From Podarcis cretensis (taxonomy: Eukaryota): DNA of 64,000 nucleotides. The notes below the pieces were generated by a model. The model saw only the letters and a program-made list of their open reading frames with translations, was not told where the DNA came from and ran no database searches. Position numbers and translations under genes: made by a program. Positions 10,325-20,329 of this stretch are shown here, in pieces. The first letter of the stretch is position 1; the number at the start of each line of letters is the position of its first letter. The stretch covers positions 33,356,001 through 33,420,000 of the forward strand of contig OX638150.1 of assembly GCA_951804945.1 (NCBI GenBank), written 5' to 3'.

Positions 10325-13300
10325 ATGGAGAGTCCAAGGGTATTGGAGCCCTTCCACCATCAGAGCCCCACACGTGGGAAGACTATGTCGAACGCTTCGA
10401 GTTCTTCGCAGTGGCTCAAGGGATCACCGATGCCAGCAAAAGAAGGGCCACATTCCTGAACTACTGTGGGCCTGAGACCTTCAAGCTGGCCAAGGCATTG
10501 CTTGCCCCAGCGAAGCTAAGTGAGACATCTCTCAAAGATATTCTTGCCTGCCTAACAAGCCATCTAGCGCCTACTGAGACCAAGATGGCCCGGCGGATGG
10601 AGTTTCATAAGAGGCAGCAGCGTGCTGGGGAGTCTGTATCTGCATTTCTAGCTGAACTGCGGAAGCTCGCTCAGCACTGTGACTTCCAAGATCTGGAAGA
10701 GACTCTCCTGGATCGGTTTGTCAGTGGTCTGAGCAGCAAGAAAGCCAGAAGACGCATTGTGGCTAAAGAAGAGGTTACCCTTGCTTCAGCCTTGAAGAAG
10801 GCCACCGCCACGGAGAATTATGAAAGAGAGGAGCTTGATGCCAGTTGCAGGGCCCCTAAGCCACAGATAGAAGCTGCGCATGCCATGGACGAGCTAGAGG
10901 CTACTCCGAGCCAGAGCCCAGTCCGTGGGGTCGAGTCAGTGCGTCAGGCCTGCACAGTGCACAAAGATCACCGAGGCAGGTGCCCTGGTTGTGGCGGAAA
11001 CCATGAGCGGAAGAGTTGTCGTTTCCGGGATGCTATGTGCCGGACGTGCGGAAAGACAGGTCACATCGCCAGGGTCTGTAGATCAGCGGCGTTGGGAGCG
11101 ACAGGAGCACCTAGACTGGAGCATCGCAGACTGCCCACAGCAAACCATGTTCTAAAGGACTGCCACTACGTAATGGAGATCAACGGGAGGGTCGTGCAGT
11201 TTCCAGCGCAAGGCAAGGCACACGTCAAGGTGAAGATTGAGGGTCAGCTGTGCGACATGGAGGTGGACTCCGGATCGGGATTCACTATCGTGTCGGACCA
11301 GACCGTGAGGACATTCTTCCCCAGGGGTAAGTTGCCCCCTCTGGAGCCCTTCCCGGCAACTTTGCAGTCATACTCAGCGGGCCGCATCCATGTCATGGGA
11401 ATGTGTGCCGTGAGAGTACAGTTCCGGGACAAACAGGCGGTACTCAAACTGGTGATTGTGAAGGGCAGTCGCCCCAGTCTCCTGAGCACTGACTGGTTCC
11501 CTGCCCTGGGACTGAGTATATCAGGGCTTAATTCAATCCAAACCTGCCCTGAGATGAGCGAGGCTTTATGCAAAGAATTTGCTGGTCTCTTTAATGGAAA
11601 ACTGGGTTGTTATAAAGGGCCCCCAGTTGACTTCAAATTGGACCCTGGGGTGGCCCCAATCCGACTCAAACCAAGGCGAGTGCCATTTGCGCTGCAACCC
11701 AAGATCGAAGCAGAGCTGGATAAATTGGTCAAGCAGGGAGTTCTCTCACCCGTGGACTCTGCTAAGTGGGAGACTCCAATCGTCACGCCCCTTAAAGCAA
11801 ATGGGGAAGTCAGGATCTGTGCTGATTACAAATGTACTATCAATAAGGCACTCAGGGGAAACTCATACCCCATTCCAGTTGTATCACATCTGTTGGCTAA
11901 ACTGGCTGGGGGCAAGGTGTTCGCCAAAATTGACCTGGCACAAGCTTACCAACAGCTGCCAGTAATCCCACAATCAGCGGAAGCACAGACTATTGTCACA
12001 CATAAAGGGGCGTTCAGAGTTAACAGATTACAATTTGGAGTTTGTGTGGCCCCAGGGATTTTTCAAGGGCTCATGGAACGCCTGTTAAGAGGTCTGCCGG
12101 GGGTCTTGCCATTTTTTGATGACGTTTTGATTGCTGGAAAAGACCCACAGGAACTGGTTGCGCGTGTCCGTGCAGTGTTGCTCAAGTTCAAGGAGGCGGG
12201 GTTGCAACTAAAAAAGGAAAAATGCAGTTTTGGGGTGCCAACTGTGGAATTCTTGGGGTTTAAAATTGATGCATCAGGCATCCACCCCACAGATGCTAAG
12301 GTTAAGGCCATCATCGAGGCACCACGACCACAGAACAAGACGGAGTTGCAGTCATTCCTGGGACTTATTAACTTTTATCATTCATTCTTACCCCAGAAAG
12401 CTTCGGTAGCTGAACCATTACATAGACTGTTGCAGAAAAAGAATGTGTGGCGATGGGGGCAGGAGCAGCAGAAGGCTTTTGACTCCTTGCGAGGAATGCT
12501 GAGTAGCAAGAGCGTCCTGGCTCATTATGATGAATCGAAGCCGCTGGTCCTGGCATGTGATGCCTCTCAATACGGCCTGGGGGCGGTGCTGAGTCATAGG
12601 GAACCGGATGGGTCGGAAAAGCCCATCTCTTTCTATTCCCGTACGTTGTCGCCCACGGAGCGCAACTATGCTCAAATTGACAAAGAGGCGCTTGCAATTG
12701 TGGCAGGAATCAAAAAGTTCCATGATTATGTGTACGGTCGTCATTTCTCCATTGAAACGGACCACAAACCACTGTTGGGGTTGTTCAACCCGAACAAACA
12801 AACGCCACAAATTCTCTCCCCCAGAATGTTGCGTTGGTCTATATTCCTGAACGGGTTCCAGTACACCTTGACCCATGTGCCGGGGAAACGGTTGTGCCAC
12901 GCTGATGCGCTGAGTCGATTGCCCCTTCCTGGCGGGAGCAATGAGGATCCTGCTCCAGCGGAGCACATAATGATGCTGGAAACACTTCTGGGGGCTCCTG
13001 TAACGGCTACTGATATTGCTGAGAAAACAAGGAAAGATGCTGTTCTCTCCCATGTGCTCACTTGGGTGGGGAGGGGGTGGCCAGGTGGTCCGCATGAAGA
13101 CAAATTCAGGCCTTATGCGACAAGGCAGCACGAGTTATCCATGCATAAGGGTTGTCTCCTGTGGGGAGATAGGGTGATCATCCCAGCACCACTGAGAAAC
13201 AGGGTTCTTGAGACGCTTCACATGGGACACCCGGGAATGGTCAGGATGAAGTCGCTAGCCCGATGTTATGTGTGGTGGCCTGGAATGGACCAGAACATAG

Positions 13301-14400
13301 AACAATGGGTACGAACATGCAAGGCATGCCAAGAGGTGCGGCCAGAAGTGGCCAGAGCACCAATTCACTGGTGGGAGCAGTCCAGATCTCCCTGGAGCTG
13401 GCTGCACTTAGATTTTGCTGGGCCATTCCAGGGGAAGGTCTTTTTGGTTATCGTCGATGCATATTCCAAATGGTTAGAAGTGGCGATGGTCCCTAGCATG
13501 GCATCAGCTGCCGTAATCAAGGTGTTGAGGCAGCTGTTTGCAACCCACGGGTTACCTGAGACCATTGTATCAGATAATGGGGCAGCTTTTGTATCCCAAG
13601 AATTCAGGGCATTCTTGGCTGATAACTTCATAAGAGGGGTCACATCCGCGCCCTTTCACCCATCCTCCAATGGGCAGGCGGAGCGCATGGTAAGAACAGC
13701 CAAAGAATCCATTGCGCGCTTAATGGAGGGTAACTGGTCAGCTCGCATCGCGCGAATGTTATTTTTGCAGCATGCGACGCCGTGTACTGCGACGGGCAAG
13801 TCGCCAGCTGAGCTGCTCTTGGGTAGAAGATTGGTAATGGTGCTGGATTATGTCCACCCGGATAAAATGCCAAACCGTAATTCAAGAGCAAACCCCCAGG
13901 CTGAGACTGACACAACAAGGTATTTCGCCCCTGAAGATCTGGTCTGGGTGAGGAACTATTCACGAGGTTCGCGGTGGGTGGCTGGTGTGGTCACCCGGGC
14001 TAGTGGACCTGTGTCCTATTATGTGACCTTGGAAAATGGGCAAGTTTGGAAGAGACATATAGATCAGCTGAGGCGCCGGGCGCTCAGCAGGGAGGAGTCT
14101 GATAATTCATCCCTGGCTAACGACGCAGAGCTGCAAGACCAGAGTGAAAATGGCCCAGAGGTGCAATCACCAGGGGCTTCATCAAATGAACCAGGGTCTG
14201 CTAGTCCTCAGGATGACGAGGTACAGGTAGGGGACCCTGAGATGTCTGGGACTCCATCTGTTCCTGACGAAACCCCTATAGCAGCCCCCCTACCACAGGT
14301 GGCACCCAATCCAGAATCGGCAACACCTGTTGTCAGGAGATCAAGTAGAAGTTGTAGGACCCCACAGTACCTGAGAGATTACGTCTGCTGTGCTCACTAA
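10325..14400 (+). CDS. Gypsy gag-pol polyprotein (double CCHC knuckle, aspartic protease, RT, RNase H, integrase) with an apparent frameshift about 10 codons after the ATG
   Basis: Open frame to TAA at 14400. Motifs: Cx2Cx3Hx4C and Cx2Cx4Hx4C; VDSGS; FFDD; CDASQYGLGAVL; HHCC and DDE. ATG at 10325 (MESPRVLEPFH) is out of frame with HTWEDYVERF by one missing base. Confidence 0.93.
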
Positions 14401-14411
14401 GGGGGGAGGGG
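14398..14411 (+). other. Polypurine tract
   Basis: TAAGGGGGGAGGGG immediately before the 3' LTR. Confidence 0.9.
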
Positions 14412-14760
14412 TGTTGTGTATTGAGTCAAAGGATTTTATATCTGTATTATTATTGTCTGTAATTGCACTAGGGTAAAGTAACTGCCTTTTGGTTCCAGAG
14501 GGTACAGCTACTATTGGTTCATTTAAGCTGCTGTATTTGGATCCTCTGTCTTATTGGTTGCCTCCAAAAGGCAGGACTGTGATTGCCTGTTATTGTTCCC
14601 TCCAAAATGTATCCCTTCTAGCTAGTTCCCTGTCCCTATAAATGTAGCTCTCCCCTCCTCAGGTCTTAGTTTTGTTGCTTTAATAAAGAAGTGTTACTAG
14701 AGAACTGTCTCCAGCATATTATGTCAAGAGAGCTGAAATCACAAACCCCACGTCACAACA
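14412..14760 (+). repeat. 3' LTR of the Gypsy element
   Basis: 349-bp direct repeat of 9850-10198 with two transitions (gcatta/gcacta and gctata/gctgta). Confidence 0.97.
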
Positions 14761-15149
14761 ACAACACCAACAATGCAATGAAGCGCGACGGCGGAAAGAG
14801 AAACTGAATGTTCTCTGCGCTCTAATAGTTAGACCGGCGGATAAATCTGCAGTAGAGCACGGCAGAGCAAACGAAAACTGCAACAAGAAGCAGAACCAGA
14901 CAGGAAACCAGCCATGGAGCCCCTCAGGAAAAATACTGAAGGGTCGAGCAGAAATTCAAAAGCGCCGTTTTGCTCAAACCTCCTCTATTTGCAGGACTGG
15001 GGGACCTGGTGCCTGCCGGACGCTGCCTGACTTCAACTCCCATCAGCCCCATGGCAATGGTGTGAGGAGGGGATGATGGGAGCTGTAGTCCAAACAACAC
15101 TAACAGAGGGCCACTGGCTCCCGCCCCTGTCCTACTTACAAGGGAGGAA

Positions 15150-15900
15150 GGGGGGTCTGAGTGTGAGTAAGCGAAGCTCGCCGTCTATGTCTGCAGGGGG
15201 GCGGGACGAGGAGGGCGGAGAAGAGGGCTCTGCACATGCCATGCTCTTCTATAGTTGTGGCGCCCCAAAGCGAAACCACATCGCCACCGCTTCCCCCGTA
15301 GGGCTAAATGCATTGGGCCAAGCAACGCCAACGTGCAGTGCAATCCGCAGCAGCCAAGCCTGTTCAGTTCCGTCCCCCGCCCCCATGCAAAGGCTATTTG
15401 GGGCGGCCGAAGCTCCCCTGCGGAGTCACCCAGGGCAGGGAGGGAGCCAAAACAGACCCGGAGACGCCAGCCAGCCAGCTGGGCTGCTGCTATCTGCATG
15501 TAAACAAACACCAGCACGTCGCCAATCCGGATCTAGAAGTCCCCCGAGGCCGAGAGGGTGGGAAAGCGGCGTCGCTCGCCTGCACGGCCCGGTACCTGCG
15601 AGCCCAGGAGGTTCGGCTGAGCCCAGCCCGGCGGAGCAGCAGGCGGCCCCCAGCGCGGCGCAAGAGCGCGACCGGGGCGGAGATCATGGCCCCGCTGCTG
15701 GGCAACGAAGGGCGGCGCTGAAAGGGATCCCCCGGAGCGGGTTTGGCGGGCAGAGGCAGGCAGCGCCGCTTGCCCAGGGAGGAGGAGCCTGGCTCTCTCG
15801 GTAGCCGGGCTTGGGGGGTGGGAGGGACGGCCGAGTTTTTCCGGATCCTCGGGTAGCCGTGCAAGAAACGCCAGCCAGAGCAAGGGTCAGGGAACGGGTG
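15150..15900 (-). promoter_or_regulatory. SPATA20: CpG island / promoter of SPATA20
   Basis: Very high GC and CpG density with GC boxes, surrounding the inferred first coding exon. Confidence 0.75.
15596..15687 (-). CDS. SPATA20: SPATA20 coding exon 1 (MISAPVALLRRAGGRLLLRRAGLSRTSWARR)
   Basis: gccATG inside a CpG island; cag|gtacc donor; 92 bp gives phase 2, matching exon 2. The Arg/Leu/Ala-rich peptide resembles the human SPATA20 N-terminus. Confidence 0.75.
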
Positions 15901-17521
15901 TGACTCTGGTTTGAACCGGGAGAGGAAGTTCATCCAAGGCCCAGGAAACGTATTCAGCATATTAACCTCCTCGGGTGCCTAGTTGACTTTTGATCATTGA
16001 CTTACTATTTGTGCATGCGGGGGGGGGGGGTGAAGCTGGCAGAGATGCCCATGAGAGTAAAAAGTTATTTTTTTCTAGAACTTTTTAATAAGATGGTAGG
16101 AGACAAAGTACTTTGTTGCAGAGGCAGCTGCTGGAGGAGGGTTTCCCGGGGAGGATAGAAAGACGGGCTTGTTTTTCTTATATATAGATTTTTGGGGTTG
16201 GGAGGAGTAGTCTTGTGACACGAGGCTAGACTTAATTATGTCTCTGTGTCGTCTATAGAAGAGCAGCAACAAAAGCCTGATTTCTATCCTGCAAAAAGAA
16301 TAAAATGCAAATTTAAGTCAGCATATTTCAAGGAGGGGCATAAACCGGATTGCTGAGGCAACAGCTGGTCCAGATAGGAAATCGAAGTGACTGGAAGAAT
16401 TTTAAAAACAGCAACGAACGGAAATAATCCCTGTCTGAGCAAAACTAAGAACAATATGAAAGCCACAACCAATATAATTATCACACAAATTAACTGCAAT
16501 CTCATACTTGTCTATTCAGAAGTAAGCATTGAATTCAGTGGGACTTCAGTTGTGTACACAATCTGGTTTATTCTGCATCCAGTACACTCACTGCTAGTTT
16601 ACACATGATTTTAGCCACAATCCATATCTGTCCTGCTATTTCTTACGCAACACTGCATTTTGAGGCATTTCCCCTCAAAAACAGTTTCAGCTTGAATTGA
16701 GCTGTTCAAATCTTTGATAAACCTCTACTACAAATTCAGATTTCAGGAGCTTAGGTAAGCCATGGCTGCTTAGGGTGAGGATATTCTACTGACCTACCAT
16801 GCGAGGCTGTTTTAAAGATTATTGAGATGATGAACATGAAACCTTTTGGAAACCTGAAGTTAGGCACACAGTTCCCACCTATCCATGTCTACTTAGAAGT
16901 AAATCCTACTGCATTTCATGTAGCTTATTTTGCAAGTGGTAGAGAGTGCACAGGACTGCAGTCTTTTTTCAAGCTTCTGTCTGCTTCACTGTCCACGTTA
17001 CCATGGATTGAGACAATTGGCTTCTATATATGCTATTTTTATTTAGGTAAACCTTTGGTGGCTTTTTCACACTGTTTTCTTCTTGTTCTTTTTCTTCTTA
17101 CAAATGTATTTTTGAATTCATTTGGGGGTGTATTTGTTTCCCTTTGTAAGCCACTAAGAATTTTTACAAATAGAACAGTTATACTGTAGCATGTTTAAAT
17201 AAATACTTTTTTATAATGTGATGTGTGGGAGAGGAAAGCAGATGGCTCTTAACACTTCCAGTAGGCAAAATTGTACTTGACAAACTTCCTTTGCCACCAA
17301 ACTCTTAGCAGAACAGTTATATGGTAGCAACTTTATTATTATTGCCTTCACAGAGGTCACCCAACTTTTATTCGGCCCAGTGGCATATTTGGAATGTTGA
17401 GAGAATGTCATGCGCACTGGTCACAAAATGGCTGCCACAAGGCGGGTGGCTTGACACAAAATGGCTGCCATGAGGGTGTGGCTCAAAACAAAACTGGGAG
17501 TACAGTACTGGTTTTCCTATA

Positions 17522-17679
17522 CAGTGGCGTAGCATGGGTTGTCAGCACCCGGGGCAAGGCAAGTAATTTGCGCCCCCTAACCCGTGGATTTGCGCCCCCT
17601 AACCCGTGGATTTGCCCTAACCCCAGATGTTGCGCCCGGTGCGGCCGCCCCCCCCTGCACCCCCCACGCTACGCCACTG
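17522..17679. mobile_element. hAT-type MITE
   Basis: TIR CAGTGGCGTAGC / GCTACGCCACTG; 8-bp TSD ttcctata / ctcctata; internal tandem repeat containing CCCTAA. Confidence 0.8.
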
Positions 17680-17830
17680 CTCCTATAGAACAAAGCAATT
17701 TATTGGTTGGATATGGTCGATTTTGGGCCACTCACTGTCTTTCAGCCTAACCTGGTTCAAAGGATTGTTTCCAGGATAATATACTGGAGAGGGGGAGAAC
17801 CATGTAGGCCATCTTGAGCTGCCTGGAGGC

Positions 17831-17861
<31 letters not shown>

Positions 17862-17939
17862 CGGGTAGGACAAGAAGGCAAGGCAACCTACAAGGCAAGG
17901 GCTGCAGGCATCCCTTTTGCTGTTCCCTATCACCTATTA

Positions 17940-18216
17940 CCGTATTGGCCTGAATATGAGCCATACTTTTTTTCCCAAATTCCAACCATGAAAAGTTAAA
18001 AGTGCGGCTTAAATTCACAACCTTACAAAAATTGGCTTTTACAGGACTTCTGGTGAGGCAAGATGGCAGGCGCCACAGCAGCGCATAGCTCCTAGGACCA
18101 CCAGCATACGACACAATTCTAACGAATCAGCTTATATTTGGATACTGTCTTTTTTTTTCTTGAGTTTTAAAGGTGCGGCTTATTTGCAGGTATGGCTTAT
18201 ATTCGGGCCAATATGG
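17940..18216. mobile_element. Tc1/mariner (pogo-like) MITE
   Basis: TA|CCGTATTGGCCTGAATAT ... ATATTCGGGCCAATATGG|TA termini. Confidence 0.8.
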
Positions 18217-19504
18217 TATAAATCAAAATGCAAAAAACAGCCTATGAAGCAAGTAGGGACCACATCCACATCACTGCTTCTAACCCCCTGCCTTAAAATG
18301 CCCTTGGGGGCCAGAAAAGGGAGGAAGACAGCACCCTCGCCGCTTCTACCCGTCCAAATAAAAATGGTGCTTGGTGCTGGAAAAAGCAGGGAGGCAAGCC
18401 ACTTCAGAAAAGCCTGCTGGATCAGACCATCTAGCTGAGCTTCTTGTTTCCCACAGTGGCCAACCAGGACGATGCACCTGGAAAGCCCAAAAAGAGAATA
18501 TGGGGGGGCTTGTCCCACAACTGTTCCCCAGGGACTGGTATTCAGAGGCATGTTGACTCTGGTCCTGACTGAAGGTAGCATGTACCTATCTACATCATGG
18601 CTAATAGCCATTGATAGCCTAAATGTTCATTAAATTGTCTATTTCCCTTCTAAATTAGTGGCCGTCACTGCTTCTTGGGGCAGCAAATTCCTTAACGCCC
18701 TATGCATTTTTCAGTTAGATACATTAATGAAAACAGCAGCTCTGATGGAGCCAATCTCTGCAGGCTTTTCTGAAGTTTCAGAGTGGTGGCACAGAATATG
18801 AGCTTTATATACTGTCAGCATATAAAAGACATGAAGCATATTGGCTGGGGAACTGCCAAGTCAGTGAATATACTTACCCGCAAACTTGTGTGTCAGCATC
18901 TTAATGATCAGATTTAAATCCCACCCATGCCCATTTGAAACTGGGAATTTAGTCTGATTTTTTCCTATGCCTGGGCAGAAACAAATCTAACTGAAATACT
19001 CGAATCTCATCTACCTAAAGGTTTGTTCGCTTGTTTTAATTTTAAATGGCACTTTCCAAGCTACTATATTGAATTGAAGCTACTATCAAATTGTGGAGGG
19101 GCATGGTACTTGTCAGATATCATTTATGATAAAAGCTTTCACAAAATCAGAATAGCAACCAGTCACAAACCCCCGTTGATAATTGGGTTATAATTCATTA
19201 ACTTCTCAAGAGATAGCCTAAAACAGATCCTCCTCTGTCCCACATCACTATTGTTGCTTTATATCAGGGTGGGCCATCTGTGGCCCTCCAAATGTTGTTA
19301 AACTGCAATCCCCGTCATCTCTGACAACTGAGCATGCTGGCTGGAGATGAAGGGAGCTAGAGTCAAGAAGATCTGGGGAAACAAATATTCCCCATTCCTT
19401 TCTCAACCTTCATTTCTAAGCCTCTTGCAGCAGTGATTTGTGATATCCTTATGAACCTTCCAACAACTCTCTGCATTTTGATTACGTTTATCTTGCCCTT
19501 AGAG

Positions 19505-19641
19505 CAGGGGGTGGGGGGAACCTGTGGCTCACGAGATGTTGGACTACAATGTCTATTGTCCCTGACCATTGGCCATGCTGGCTGGTGTTGATGTGAGCTG
19601 TAGTCCAACAACATTTGAAGTGCCACAGGCTCCCATCCCTG
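19505..19641. mobile_element. Short palindromic hAT-like MITE (family with about 12 copies in the window)
   Basis: CAGGGG...CCCTG termini with an internal palindrome GATGTTGGACTACA...TGTAGTCCAACAACAT. Related copies near 75-200, 3150-3270, 3920-4040, 14992-15128, 19265-19397, 25520-25660, 32066-32180, 42900-42995, 44858-44980 and 45433-45552. Confidence 0.75.
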
Positions 19642-20329
19642 CCTTGTTGCTGGTTATCACTCGGCTTACTTTACAGCAACCATTTCCAATGCAAATCTAG
19701 ACTACATTGCTATAATGATGCTCTTAGAAAAGATGAGATACCTTTCTACTAGCATAGTATACATACCTCATGGCATACAGTGACACATGTAGACGTTTCA
19801 ATGCTGAGTAATGGGTTCATCAAACCTATTATTTAAATATTGTGAATGAATGGTTTTAAAAAACCAAGTTTCTTTGGAAACATTACGAAGTTCAATAGCT
19901 GGAGTCAAACGGAAAGGACTTCTCTTGTGACTGAGCTAAGAGATTATTTTATTTTAATCACTGTATTTGGGCCCTTCCAAAATAGGTTAAGAGAAAGATC
20001 AGAGCAGCACTCTCCACACTTGTGAGTCCCAGCAACTGGTATTATGGGTGGTTGGGGTGAGGGGCATTTTGCATCAAAATGCCATTGTAGTGCAAACCTG
20101 TCCAGTGTGGACAGCCAAAGTTATAGTGAGACTTTTTTGGGCTCCTGTGCTTGTAATTAACAGCTTGCTTGAAACTTCTGCCTGTGTTATTGCATCTTCT
20201 TAAGCACAGCAGCAGGATTACTGATACCCCTTCATTACCATTAATAGAATCTCTGTTTTATTTTGTTTTGTGTTTCATCACCAATATTCTCCTACAGCAA
20301 CCTGAACAAACAATAAAATGACCAGAAGC

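Larger units (their letters stand above)
9850..14760 (+). mobile_element. Full-length Ty3/Gypsy LTR retrotransposon (Mag-like lineage) in SPATA20 intron 1, antisense to the gene
   Basis: Two 349-bp TG...CA LTRs, ACAA TSD (9846-9849 and 14761-14764), PBS, PPT, and a gag-pol in PR-RT-RH-IN order. Confidence 0.97.

Noticed and set aside
10925-13963. Alternative-frame and antisense ORFs inside the Gypsy pol (e.g. 12418-13131)
   Set aside because: Shadow frames of a coding region with no motifs; no env-like ORF is seen.
15073-15804. 243-aa plus-strand ORF and overlapping ORFs
   Set aside because: CpG-island artefact that starts inside a MITE; the real coding segment is the 92-bp minus-strand SPATA20 exon 1.
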